64,000 bases of DNA, from positions 574,017 to 638,016 of the forward strand of contig JBBDXB010000006.1 in NCBI GenBank assembly GCA_040902515.1, given 5' to 3'. A model generated the notes under the pieces. It saw nothing but the letters and a program-made list of their open reading frames with translations. It did no database searches and was not told the DNA's origin. Below are positions 20,838-30,396 of the stretch, piece by piece. The number at the start of each line of letters is the position of its first letter. Position 1 is the stretch's first letter. The DNA comes from Patescibacteria group bacterium (GTDB lineage: Bacteria > Patescibacteriota > SICC01). The position numbers and the translations under genes were made by a program.

Positions 20838-22154
20838 ATGTCCCACCATATACCCATCGTGACCATCGTCGGCCGACCCAACGTCGGCAAGTCCACGCTG
20901 TTCAACCGGCTGCTCGGCGAACGCCGGGCGATCACGGCCGACCTTCCCGGCACCACGCGCGACCGGATCTATGCCGAAGCCGAATGGCAGGGAAAACGGT
21001 TCACCGTCGTCGATACCGGGGGACTGACCGAGGAAGTGACGGGTCTGCCACAGGCGGTGGACGAACAGGTGAAGCTGGCGGTTACCGAAAGCGACCTGAT
21101 CCTACTTCTTGTCTCCGCTCCGGAGGGACTGACCGCGGGTGACCGCGTGGCCGCCGCCGTGGCCCGTCGACAGCAGGTACCGGTCGTGGTGGTCGTGAAC
21201 AAGGTCGACAATCCGCGGGTCGAGTCCTCGGTCGCCGAATTCCACCGGCTGGGATTCGATACGGTCGTGCCGGTTTCCGCGCTGCATGGCCGCGGCACGG
21301 GGGATTTGGCGGACTTGATCGTCAGGAAGACGGGTGCCGGGACGGGGGGGAATGCCGACCGTACCCCCTCCTTTACCATCGTTGGCCGCCCGAATGCGGG
21401 GAAATCCACCTTGATGAACCGGCTGACCGATTCTCCGGCCGCCGTGACCGGCGAAGAACCGCATACGACCCGGGACGTGACGGAGCGTCGTCTCCGGACA
21501 CCGGAAGGAGAATGGCGTCTGCTGGACACGGCCGGCATGGCGAAACATCCCCGTTCCCGACCCGGCATCCCATACTGGAGCCTGCTCCGGACGCTTCGAG
21601 CGATTGCCGATGCCGACGTAGCCGTGCTGCTGATCGACGCGACGGAAGGCCCGACGCTGCAGGACGCGCACATCGCCTCGCATATCCTCGATTCGGGCAC
21701 CGGTCTCGTCATCGCGTTGAACAAATGGGATCTGGTGGATAAGGCGCCGGACGTCCAGGAGCGGTTCTTTGGGAAACTCCGGAAACGTCTGCCGTTCCTA
21801 CCGTCTCCGCCGGTGGTCTTCCTCTCCGCCCTGACCGGCGAAAAGGCCGATCGGCTGCTTCGGGCGGTAGAGGATGTCTACGCCGCGTCCGGCACCCGGA
21901 TACCGACGCCGGAACTGAACCGGGTGGTCCAAACACGCCTGAATGAGTATGCCGGCGGGCGACGCCGGGCACGTTTGTTCTACCTCACCCAGACCGGGGA
22001 CCATCCGCCGGCCTTCGCCTGTTTCGTGAACCAGCCGCAGCTCTGGAAAGAGCCGCAGCGTCGGCACGTGGCCGGCGTGCTTCGGGAGGAGTTCGACTTG
22101 CTCGGCACCGCCGTCCGACTGGACTTCCGTAAGCGCCGGAAGGAGGCGGCGTGA
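20838..22154 (+). CDS. der: Ribosome biogenesis GTPase Der (EngA)
   Basis: Tandem G domains GRPNVGKS and GRPNAGKS; DTGG/DTAG; NKxD. Confidence 0.96.
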   Translation: MSHHIPIVTIVGRPNVGKSTLFNRLLGERRAITADLPGTTRDRIYAEAEWQGKRFTVVDTGGLTEEVTGLPQAVDEQVKLAVTESDLILLLVSAPEGLTAGDRVAAAVARRQQVPVVVVVNKVDNPRVESSVAEFHRLGFDTVVPVSALHGRGTGDLADLIVRKTGAGTGGNADRTPSFTIVGRPNAGKSTLMNRLTDSPAAVTGEEPHTTRDVTERRLRTPEGEWRLLDTAGMAKHPRSRPGIPYWSLLRTLRAIADADVAVLLIDATEGPTLQDAHIASHILDSGTGLVIALNKWDLVDKAPDVQERFFGKLRKRLPFLPSPPVVFLSALTGEKADRLLRAVEDVYAASGTRIPTPELNRVVQTRLNEYAGGRRRARLFYLTQTGDHPPAFACFVNQPQLWKEPQRRHVAGVLREEFDLLGTAVRLDFRKRRKEAA

Positions 22155-22687
22155 GTGCGCCCGTGAAACTGGTTGTGGGACTCGGTAATCCCGGCGAGCG
22201 GTACGCCGGCACGCGCCATAACATCGGCCGGATGGTCGTCGGCAGGTGCGTGGAGGAGCGTGGCGCCGAGCTCCTCCAGGAGCCGACGGACCGGATGCCC
22301 TCCCGGCTGCACCGGGCGGGAACGGTACTGTTCGCCGAACCGGCGATCTACATGAACCAAAGCGGCACCGAAGTCCACCGGCTCATGCGGTACTACAAGC
22401 TGGAGCCCGCCGGCCTCCTGATCGTCTCCGACGACCTCGACCTGCCGTTCGGTACGCTCCGTCTGCGCGACAGCGGCGGCAGCGGCGGACACAAGGGCCT
22501 GGCGCACATCGCGGAGCAGCTGGGCACCGGCGAGTTCTCCCGCTTGCGGGTCGGTATCGGACGACCGCCGGACGGCATGGATTCTTCGGGCTACGTCTTG
22601 CAGCGATTCTCCGAAGCGGAAGCGGAGCGATTGCCGGACGTCGTCCTGGACGGTGCACGGCAGGTAACGGAGTGGCTCGATGTCTAA
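22151..22687 (+). CDS. pth: Peptidyl-tRNA hydrolase
   Basis: VGLGNPG, TRHNIG, GGHKGL, RLRVGIGRP. Confidence 0.96.
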   Translation: MSAPVKLVVGLGNPGERYAGTRHNIGRMVVGRCVEERGAELLQEPTDRMPSRLHRAGTVLFAEPAIYMNQSGTEVHRLMRYYKLEPAGLLIVSDDLDLPFGTLRLRDSGGSGGHKGLAHIAEQLGTGEFSRLRVGIGRPPDGMDSSGYVLQRFSEAEAERLPDVVLDGARQVTEWLDV

Positions 22688-25600
22688 CGGTTCGTTCTTC
22701 AAGCACCTGCTCGACCAGCCGGAGATCACCGAGTACGCGGATCGGCTCATGGACGGAACCCTGCGGGTCGGCGACACCAGCCGCGGCGTCCGTGAGCTTC
22801 TGCTCCTGTCACTGGCACGGAAAGTCCAGCGTCCGTTCATCGTCGTGACCTCCGAACACCTGTTCGCGCCGGGCATCGCCGTGCCCTGGCCGCGCGAGGT
22901 CTCCGGGGAATCGTACGAAGTGGCCGTCGGGGTCGCGCAGGTGCTCGGTAACAAATCCGGACTCCATCTGGTGCCGCCGGACCTGCTCACCGTCCCGCTG
23001 GTCGGGGTCCGTCGGTACGACGCGCTGACCAAGACCTACAAGAAAGGCCAGGACGTTTCGCCGGACGACGCCGCGAAGTCCCTGGTGGATGCGGGGTATG
23101 ACCCCGACCCCGACCTTGAGCGGGCGGGAACGTTCCACCGTGTCGGCGGATCGCTCAACGTGTGGGGGATCGGCGATCGCTTCCCGCACCGTATCGAATG
23201 GTTCGGTGACGTCATTGAATCTATCGTCCGGACGGAGGCCGGCGAAACGGTCGATCTGCCGCAAGCCCGGTTCTTTCCGGCGTCAGTCACCGATCCGAAA
23301 GGTCCCGCACGGCTGCAGGACTACATCAAGCTTGCCGGGGCCTGTATCGCCGGCGAGGAATACCTGCTGGACGCCGCCGAAGGGCTCCAGGGCCTGCCGC
23401 AGGTCTCGTTCACCTTCAAGAAGGAGGGATCCGTGGTCCAGCTCGACTGGAAGCGCGCCGATGTGACGCACAACCGGGGGGAGCTGCACGACCTGATCAA
23501 GCGCTACCAGGATGACGGCTGGCACGTGGGGCTGGCCCGCTGGGAGGGGCCGCCCTCGGACCTGCCGGCCGGCGTGGAAGACGTCAGGTTGCCGATCACC
23601 GAAGGTGTGTCCGTACCGGGCATGCAGTGGATCGTCTTTACTCCGTCGGAGATCATCCACCAGCCGTCACAACGCAAGAAGCGACACTCGGACAAGCTCA
23701 ACCTGCGCCTGGAGACCGGGCAGCTGATCACCCATCGCGATCACGGCATCGGGAAGTTCAACGGCCTCATACGGCGGACGGTCGGCGGGGTAGAGCGGGA
23801 GTACCTGTTCCTGGAGTACGCCAAGGGCGACAAGCTGTACGTACCAGTCGCGGAAGCCGACAAGGTCGACCTGTACGTCGGCCCCACGGACGTGACCCTG
23901 ACCCGCCTTTCCTCGGCGAGCTGGGAACATGTCCGTGACAAGGTCAAGGAATCGGCGGAACAGCTGGCGCGCGAACTCCTGACTGTGTCTGCGCGGCGGG
24001 AGATCGCGACGGGCATCGCCTTTCCGAAACAACCGGACGTGGAGCAGCGCTTGCGTGCCGCATTCAACTTCGAGGAAACGGAGGATCAGGAGCGGGCAAT
24101 TAGCCACGTCTACGCGGACATGGAGGATTCCCGCCCGATGGACCGGCTGGTCTGCGGCGACGTCGGGTTCGGGAAGACGGAGGTAGCCGTCCGTGCCGCG
24201 GCCAAGGCGGCGGCATCCGGCAAGCAGGTGGCGGTCCTGGCGCCGACGACCATTCTCGCCGAGCAGCACCTGGCGACGTTCGGTAAACGGCTGAAGGAGT
24301 TCGGATTCAAGCTGGGCGGCCTTTCCCGGTTCAAGAGCCAGGCCGAGCAGAGCAAGACGCTCAAGGGACTTGCCGACGGTTCGGTGGATATCGCGATCGG
24401 TACCCATCGGCTGCTGAGCCCGGACGTGCAGTTCAAGGACCTGGGGCTTCTGATCATCGATGAAGAGCAACGTTTCGGTGTGCGGCACAAGGAGCGGCTC
24501 AAGAAGCTGCGTTCACATATGGATGTGCTCAGCCTTTCGGCGACCCCGATCCCCCGGACGCTCAACCTGGCGCTCTCGGGCCTCAGGGAAATCTCGACGA
24601 TCCAAACGCCCCCGTCCGGACGTCGGCCGGTGGAAACCACCATCGGTGAGTACAATCCGCAACTGGTGGACAAGGTGGTCAAGGAAGAGCTGTCCCGCGG
24701 CGGCCAGGTCTACTTCCTGCACAACCGGGTCGCGACAATCCGGGCGGCGGCCAAGGAACTGCAGGCGCGGCACCCCGACGTGAACATCGATATCGGACAC
24801 GGCCAGATGAGCGAAGAAGCGCTGGCCGAGGTGATGGCCCGGTTCGCGAGCGGGGAGGTCGACATCCTGATCTGCACGACGATCGTGGAAAACGGCTTGG
24901 ACCTGCCGAACGCCAACACGATGATCGTAGATGACGTTTCCGCGCTCGGGTTGGCGCAAAGTTACCAGCTCCGGGGCCGGATCGGGCGGGGAAGCCGCCA
25001 GGGAAGGGCATTCTTCTTCTACAAACCCGGCTCGCTGTCCGCCACCGCCCGCGAGCGGCTGCGCAGCCTCAAGGAAGCGAAGGAGCTTGGTGCCGGCTTC
25101 CAGGTAGCGTTAGCGGACCTGGAGCTCCGGGGTGCCGGGAACGTGATCGGTAAGGAACAGTCTGGGAACGTCCGGGCGATCGGGCTCACGCTGTATTCCA
25201 AGGTACTGTCCCGAGCGGTCGAGGAACTCGAGAGCGGCGAGCGGTTCCTGGAGACGGAAGTCGACCTGCCGCTCCTGGCCTCGATTCCTTCGGCGGTGCT
25301 GGAGGATGAATCGGAACGGCTCCGGATCTACCAGTCGGTCAGTAACGCGACCACGACGGAGGAATTGGACGATCTGGCGACGCGACTTAAGCAGAAGATC
25401 GACGGCTGGCCGGAAGAAGTCAGCAACCTGTTCCGGCTGCAGGGTATCCGGCTCAGCGGTGCCCGGGTCGGCATGCTGGCGCTGCGGTATACGTCACTGC
25501 CGGGAACCAACCGGAGTGCCAAGGTCGTCGTGGCGGAGCTGGCCCATGAGCTGCGGGACGGGCAGGTGGAGGCTGCCAAGCATCGCGGCTGGCAGGCCAC

Positions 25601-25700
25601 GGCGAACCGGCTGTCCCGGTCGCTGTCCGATGCGGAGATGCTTGATGCCGTCGAGGAGCTGATCGTCGGCCTGCGGGCAGCAGCTCCGGTCACGGCATAA
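22680..25700 (+). CDS. mfd: Transcription-repair coupling factor
   Basis: HRDHGIG RID domain, CGDVGFGKTEVA, DEEQRFGV, QLRGRIGR, TRCF-like C-terminus. Confidence 0.96.
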   Translation: MSNGSFFKHLLDQPEITEYADRLMDGTLRVGDTSRGVRELLLLSLARKVQRPFIVVTSEHLFAPGIAVPWPREVSGESYEVAVGVAQVLGNKSGLHLVPPDLLTVPLVGVRRYDALTKTYKKGQDVSPDDAAKSLVDAGYDPDPDLERAGTFHRVGGSLNVWGIGDRFPHRIEWFGDVIESIVRTEAGETVDLPQARFFPASVTDPKGPARLQDYIKLAGACIAGEEYLLDAAEGLQGLPQVSFTFKKEGSVVQLDWKRADVTHNRGELHDLIKRYQDDGWHVGLARWEGPPSDLPAGVEDVRLPITEGVSVPGMQWIVFTPSEIIHQPSQRKKRHSDKLNLRLETGQLITHRDHGIGKFNGLIRRTVGGVEREYLFLEYAKGDKLYVPVAEADKVDLYVGPTDVTLTRLSSASWEHVRDKVKESAEQLARELLTVSARREIATGIAFPKQPDVEQRLRAAFNFEETEDQERAISHVYADMEDSRPMDRLVCGDVGFGKTEVAVRAAAKAAASGKQVAVLAPTTILAEQHLATFGKRLKEFGFKLGGLSRFKSQAEQSKTLKGLADGSVDIAIGTHRLLSPDVQFKDLGLLIIDEEQRFGVRHKERLKKLRSHMDVLSLSATPIPRTLNLALSGLREISTIQTPPSGRRPVETTIGEYNPQLVDKVVKEELSRGGQVYFLHNRVATIRAAAKELQARHPDVNIDIGHGQMSEEALAEVMARFASGEVDILICTTIVENGLDLPNANTMIVDDVSALGLAQSYQLRGRIGRGSRQGRAFFFYKPGSLSATARERLRSLKEAKELGAGFQVALADLELRGAGNVIGKEQSGNVRAIGLTLYSKVLSRAVEELESGERFLETEVDLPLLASIPSAVLEDESERLRIYQSVSNATTTEELDDLATRLKQKIDGWPEEVSNLFRLQGIRLSGARVGMLALRYTSLPGTNRSAKVVVAELAHELRDGQVEAAKHRGWQATANRLSRSLSDAEMLDAVEELIVGLRAAAPVTA

Positions 25701-25771
25701 CCCGGGTAGTATCCGACGAAGCACCCTGACAGGTGTTTTAGCAGTCAAGCAAAATCTTGTATACTGTGGGT

Positions 25772-26602
25772 ATGCAAGCAAGCATATTAACGCAGGAACG
25801 GATTCCTGCGCCGCTCCGGGACATTCCCGGTCCGCCCCGGTGCCTCCATTGTCGCGGTGTGCTTCCGGAAGGGCCGTTCGTCGCCGTCGTGGGGACGCGG
25901 AAACCGACGGCGTACGGTCGCCGCGTCACCGGAATGATCGCCGGACGGCTGGCCCGTGCCGGCGCGGTCGTGGTTTCCGGATTGGCATTAGGCATCGACG
26001 CGATCGCGCATCGGGCGGCTCTCGACGCCGGAGGAAAGAGCGTCGCGATACTCCCCTCCGGATTGCGTGACGTCGATATCACCCCGCGGGCGAACCTGGG
26101 TCTGGCCAGGCAGGTTTTTGAGCGTGGAGCGCTCCTCAGCGAGTATCCGGAGGGCTCCGGTGCGCGCAAGGAATACTACGAGGACCGGAACCGCCTGATT
26201 TCCGGACTGGCCGGCGCGGTCGTCGTGGTCGAGGGAGGGCGTCCCTCCGGTACGTTGATTACCGCCCGCCATGCGGGAGAGCAAAGCCGTGAGGTGTGGG
26301 CCGTACCTGGCCCGATCGACTCCCCGCAAAGCAAGGGAACGAACTGGTTGATCGAAACCGGCGCGGAGCCATTGTTCTCCATCGATACGTTCATGGAGTC
26401 ATTAGGCCTGGCGGATGGCCGACAGCCGAGCCTCGGGGAACCGGGTGATCTCGCCACCGTACTCGGCGTCGGTCCCTGTCATGTCGACGAGATCGCGACG
26501 CGGCTCGGTCAGCCTGCCTATGAGGTCGAGTCCGAGCTGACGAAATTAGAGCTGGCGGGTGCGGTCCGTCACGTGGGGGAGCGTCACTACGTGCTGGCCT
26601 AG
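25772..26602 (+). CDS. dprA: DNA processing protein A
   Basis: VVGTRKPTAYG, VSGLALGIDAIAH, RNRLISGL, SGTLITA. Confidence 0.95.
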   Translation: MQASILTQERIPAPLRDIPGPPRCLHCRGVLPEGPFVAVVGTRKPTAYGRRVTGMIAGRLARAGAVVVSGLALGIDAIAHRAALDAGGKSVAILPSGLRDVDITPRANLGLARQVFERGALLSEYPEGSGARKEYYEDRNRLISGLAGAVVVVEGGRPSGTLITARHAGEQSREVWAVPGPIDSPQSKGTNWLIETGAEPLFSIDTFMESLGLADGRQPSLGEPGDLATVLGVGPCHVDEIATRLGQPAYEVESELTKLELAGAVRHVGERHYVLA

Positions 26603-26751
26603 AAAGAGTAACTGATGAGCGACACCGCCGCGAGCGTGAACCAGAAGAGGATTCCTGCCCAAAGCTGTACGTCAGCCTCGGGTACGAACTCCTCATGTGT
26701 CATGCGCCGTCGTGGGCGTTCGTCAATCGGTATCGGCACGAAACGCATCAT
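26599..26751 (-). CDS. Small single-TM protein (50 aa) immediately downstream of lexA
   Basis: MMRFVPIPIDERPRRRMTHEEFVPEADVQLWAGILFWFTLAAVSLISYSF*; starts 4 nt after lexA stop and fills the intergenic gap. Confidence 0.6.
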   Translation of the reverse strand: MMRFVPIPIDERPRRRMTHEEFVPEADVQLWAGILFWFTLAAVSLISYSF

Positions 26752-26755
26752 CGCG

Positions 26756-27397
26756 TTAGCTCACATGCGGCCGCACGACCGCCATCACTTTGCCCTGGAT
26801 CTGCCACTCCTGATCGGGGTAGATGTTGTCGTATTTCGGGTTTTCCGGCTTCAGGTAGACGGCATCCCGGCGCTTGATCAACCGCTTTACTGTGGCATCT
26901 TCGCCGATCAGCGCGGCGACGATGTCTCCGTGCTCCGCCTCTTCCGCTGGCTGGACGATCAGCAGGTCGCCGTCGAAGATGCCGGCACCGATCATGGAAT
27001 CGCCCTGGGCGCGCAGGATGAACACGTCGCGCTTCCCACGCGTCAGGTCGGTCGGCAGCGTCACCCAATCCTCGGCGTATTCCGTGGCCAACGACGGACC
27101 ACCGGCCGGAATCCGTCCGAGCACCGGCAGTCTCGTGACCTGCTCCGCAAGATCGCTGGCCGCCTCGCGGAACCGCTGCGCCAGCGTGATGCCACGGCTA
27201 CGGGAATCCCGCGTAATGTAGCCTTTCTTCTCCAGCGCCTCAAGATGGCGCTGGACGCCGCGCGGGTAACTTACCTTAAGCGCCGCCATGATCTCGCGGA
27301 TCGTCGGTGGCAATCCATGCTCCTTGATGTGCCGTTGGATCACATCGAAGGTTTCCCGTTGCCGGGGAGACAGCTTGTTGCTAGTGTTGTTGCTCAT
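26756..27397 (-). CDS. lexA: SOS repressor LexA
   Basis: PPTIREI wHTH; GRIPAG Ala-Gly cleavage site; GDSMI catalytic Ser; TVKR catalytic Lys. Confidence 0.96.
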   Translation of the reverse strand: MSNNTSNKLSPRQRETFDVIQRHIKEHGLPPTIREIMAALKVSYPRGVQRHLEALEKKGYITRDSRSRGITLAQRFREAASDLAEQVTRLPVLGRIPAGGPSLATEYAEDWVTLPTDLTRGKRDVFILRAQGDSMIGAGIFDGDLLIVQPAEEAEHGDIVAALIGEDATVKRLIKRRDAVYLKPENPKYDNIYPDQEWQIQGKVMAVVRPHVS

Positions 27398-27525
27398 AAG
27401 GGTGATAGGTTAGCCTCCGTGAGATGTGGGAGCGCGCCGAGTACCTTGGCTGGCAGGGGAGCCATTATGTCGAAATCTACTAGGATCGTGACTGCCAAGG
27501 TACTCGGAGGAGGGAGCGCATTTGC

Positions 27526-27554
27526 ATAGTAGACATATGTATACAGCTTGTCAA
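27526..27554 (-). promoter_or_regulatory. lexA promoter with overlapping palindromic operator candidate
   Basis: Minus strand TTGACA-17 bp-TACTAT; near-palindrome GTAGAC-ATAT-GTATAC at 27529-27544. Confidence 0.7.
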
Positions 27555-27592
27555 CTCTCGATTTTACGCACAAGATTAGCGATTGTATTGCG

Positions 27593-29884
27593 ATGACAAC
27601 CAAGAATCGAAAACTCGTAATCGTCGAATCACCTGCCAAAGCGCGCACGATTGAGCGGTATCTGGGCGAGGGCTATACCGTCATGGCCAGTTACGGCCAC
27701 GTCCGCCAGCTCCCGAGCAAGGACGGTTCCGTGGATGTGGAGCATGACTTCGCGCCGAAATACGAGGTGATCGAGGACAGCAGGAAGCACGTGAGCGCGA
27801 TCAAGAAAGCTCTGAAGACCGCCGATGAGCTCCTGCTTGCCACTGACCTTGATCGGGAGGGGGAGTCGATCGCCTGGCACCTGACCGAGCTGGTCGACAA
27901 GGAGCTGCAAGGCAAGCAGGTCGGCCGGATTACGTTCGACGAGATCACCAAGGACGCGATCCGGGACGCGATCAAGGAACCGCGCGAGATCGACCGGCGG
28001 CTGGTCACCGCCCAGGAGGCACGCCAGAGCCTCGATTACCTCTACGGGTTCACGCTCTCACCGCTCCTCTGGCGGAAGATCCGCTACGGCCTCTCCGCCG
28101 GCCGCGTGCAGTCCGTGGCGCTCCGGCTGATCGTCGAACGCGAACGGGAGATCGAGGCGTTCAAGCCGAAGCCCTACTGGACGCTCGACGCCGTGCTCAA
28201 GCAACCGAAGGAGCAGGATGAGAAACTGGCGACGTTCACGGCACAGCTCGCCGAGGATCGCGGCCAAAAGCTCAAGCAGTTCGACCTCACCGAGGAGCGG
28301 GCGCGGGAACTTGCCGAAGAGCTGCCGCAGCATCCGGTGGCCGTCTCGTCGGTCGAAGAAAAAGAGCGCCGCCGCAGCCCGGCGCCGCCGTTCACCACCT
28401 CGACGCTCCAGCAGGAAGCCTCGCGGAAGCTCGGCTTCGCGGCCCGACGGACCATGCGTACCGCCCAGCAGCTTTACGAAGGCATCGACACCGGCGGCGG
28501 CGACCGCACCGGCCTGATCACTTACATGCGTACCGACTCGGTGAACCTGGCCAACAGCGCGCTCGCCGAGGCACGGAAGGTGATCGAGCGGAACTACGGG
28601 GAGGACTACCTGCCGGACGGCCCGCGCCGCTACAAGACGAAGTCGAAGGGAGCCCAGGAAGCGCACGAGGCGATCCGACCGACCGGCTTCGCCCGCGCCC
28701 CGGACGACCTGAAGGCCAAGCTCACTACCGACCAGCTCAAGCTATACTCCCTGATCTACAAGCGCGCGCTGGCGTCGCAGATGACGGAAGCGACGTTCCT
28801 GCAGACGAGCGCTCGGATCACCGCCGGCAAGGACGGTGCGGCCGTGCTCAAGGCGACCGGCTCGCAGGTGAAGTTCCCCGGGTTCATCAGGGTGTACCTG
28901 GAGGGAACCGACAACGGGGCGAACGAGGACACCGAGAGCCTCCTGCCGCCGCTGGCCGAGGGCGACCCTTTGGAGCTGCTCAAGGCCGGCTCCGAACGGC
29001 ACGAGACCCAACCGCCGCCGCGTTTCACGGAAGCGACGCTCGTGAAGACGCTCGAGGAGTACGGGATCGGCCGGCCCTCCACGTACGCGAGCATCATCTC
29101 GACGCTGCAGGATCGGAAGTACGCCCGGGTGGACCAGCGCCGGTTCTTCCCGGAGGCGGTCGGGATGATCGTTAGCGACCTGCTGACCGAGCACTTCTCG
29201 AAGTACGTGGATTACCAGTTCACCTCGGAACTGGAGAACGAGCTGGACGAGGTCGCCGGCGGCCGCGAGGAACGCGTGCCGCTCCTTACGGAGTGGTGGG
29301 GGCCATTCAAGGCGTTGGTCGAAAAGAAGGACAAGGAGCTCAAGAAGGAAGACGTGGCGCACCAGAAGACGGAGAAGCCGTGCCCCGAGTGCAAGGAGGG
29401 CACGTTGATGAAGAAGCTCAGCCGGTTCGGCGGCCAGTTCTACGCCTGCAGCCGGTACCCCGAGTGCAAGTACACGGCGCCGCTCGAGGAAGAACAGCAG
29501 GAGTCGAAGGAAGCCGAGGAACAAGCCAAAGGTGCCAAGTGCGACGAGTGCGGCGCGTCGATGACCGCCAAGCGTGGCCGATTCGGGATGTTCCTGGCCT
29601 GCACGCGGTACCCGGATTGCAAGGGTACCAAGCCGTTCGTGAAGTCGACCGGCGTGACGTGTCCGGAGTGCGGTAAAGGCGAGCTGGCCGAGCGGAAGTC
29701 CAAGCAGGGTCGCACGTTCTACGGCTGTACGGAGTACCCGAGGTGTAAGTTCCTGACCGGCCAGCGGCCGGTGAAAGATCCGTGTCCCGACTGCGGCAAG
29801 CTCGTGGTGATCAAGGGCAAGGACCGTGTGCCGACGTGCACCGAATGCGGTCACACCGGCGAGCCGGCTCCTACGGAGACCTGA
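27593..29884 (+). CDS. topA: DNA topoisomerase I with C-terminal Zn ribbons
   Basis: VIVESPAKA, ATDLDREGE, SAGRVQS, ITYMRTDS, repeated CxxC ribbons. Confidence 0.97.
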   Translation: MTTKNRKLVIVESPAKARTIERYLGEGYTVMASYGHVRQLPSKDGSVDVEHDFAPKYEVIEDSRKHVSAIKKALKTADELLLATDLDREGESIAWHLTELVDKELQGKQVGRITFDEITKDAIRDAIKEPREIDRRLVTAQEARQSLDYLYGFTLSPLLWRKIRYGLSAGRVQSVALRLIVEREREIEAFKPKPYWTLDAVLKQPKEQDEKLATFTAQLAEDRGQKLKQFDLTEERARELAEELPQHPVAVSSVEEKERRRSPAPPFTTSTLQQEASRKLGFAARRTMRTAQQLYEGIDTGGGDRTGLITYMRTDSVNLANSALAEARKVIERNYGEDYLPDGPRRYKTKSKGAQEAHEAIRPTGFARAPDDLKAKLTTDQLKLYSLIYKRALASQMTEATFLQTSARITAGKDGAAVLKATGSQVKFPGFIRVYLEGTDNGANEDTESLLPPLAEGDPLELLKAGSERHETQPPPRFTEATLVKTLEEYGIGRPSTYASIISTLQDRKYARVDQRRFFPEAVGMIVSDLLTEHFSKYVDYQFTSELENELDEVAGGREERVPLLTEWWGPFKALVEKKDKELKKEDVAHQKTEKPCPECKEGTLMKKLSRFGGQFYACSRYPECKYTAPLEEEQQESKEAEEQAKGAKCDECGASMTAKRGRFGMFLACTRYPDCKGTKPFVKSTGVTCPECGKGELAERKSKQGRTFYGCTEYPRCKFLTGQRPVKDPCPDCGKLVVIKGKDRVPTCTECGHTGEPAPTET

Positions 29885-29926
29885 AGTGTTCGTTTTCTAG
29901 CTGAAAATCGGGTACCATATGCCGTC

Positions 29927-30334
29927 ATGGCAGCCCCTGAACAAGAATCCCCTTCTCCTCAATCGGAACTGATCGTTCCTGAAACACTCCGGCTGATTGA
30001 TCAGTTTGAAGCGCACGAGCATGTCCACGGCTTTTTCGATCGGGTGCTCGACCATATCGGATTTAACGAACGGGCGAGGAGAGCTTTCACGGAGAGGTAT
30101 TCATATCTAATGTCCGTGGAGCATGGCAGGGGCGGAGGTCCGGTTGAAGTGGAGGATCGTGCTAATGTTTTGGTTGTGGAGGAGTATCCCGTCGCCTCAG
30201 TGATCGAGTGGCGCGATGTGGGCAACTTCACCTGTGTATTGTTTGCCAGTCATCTGAACGATGAACTTCTGGCGAGGCTTCGCGAGAGGCCCGAGCTTCT
30301 GGAAGGGGCTAGCGAAGGCGAGCTCCGGGACTAG
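29927..30334 (+). CDS. Hypothetical protein
   Basis: ORF filling gap; lower GC than neighbours. Confidence 0.6.
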   Translation: MAAPEQESPSPQSELIVPETLRLIDQFEAHEHVHGFFDRVLDHIGFNERARRAFTERYSYLMSVEHGRGGGPVEVEDRANVLVVEEYPVASVIEWRDVGNFTCVLFASHLNDELLARLRERPELLEGASEGELRD

Positions 30335-30396
30335 CTCAGTGCCCGCCTTGTAACATCGCCGATTGCGCTGCCCGAAAATCCGGTAAGCTGGAAGGC

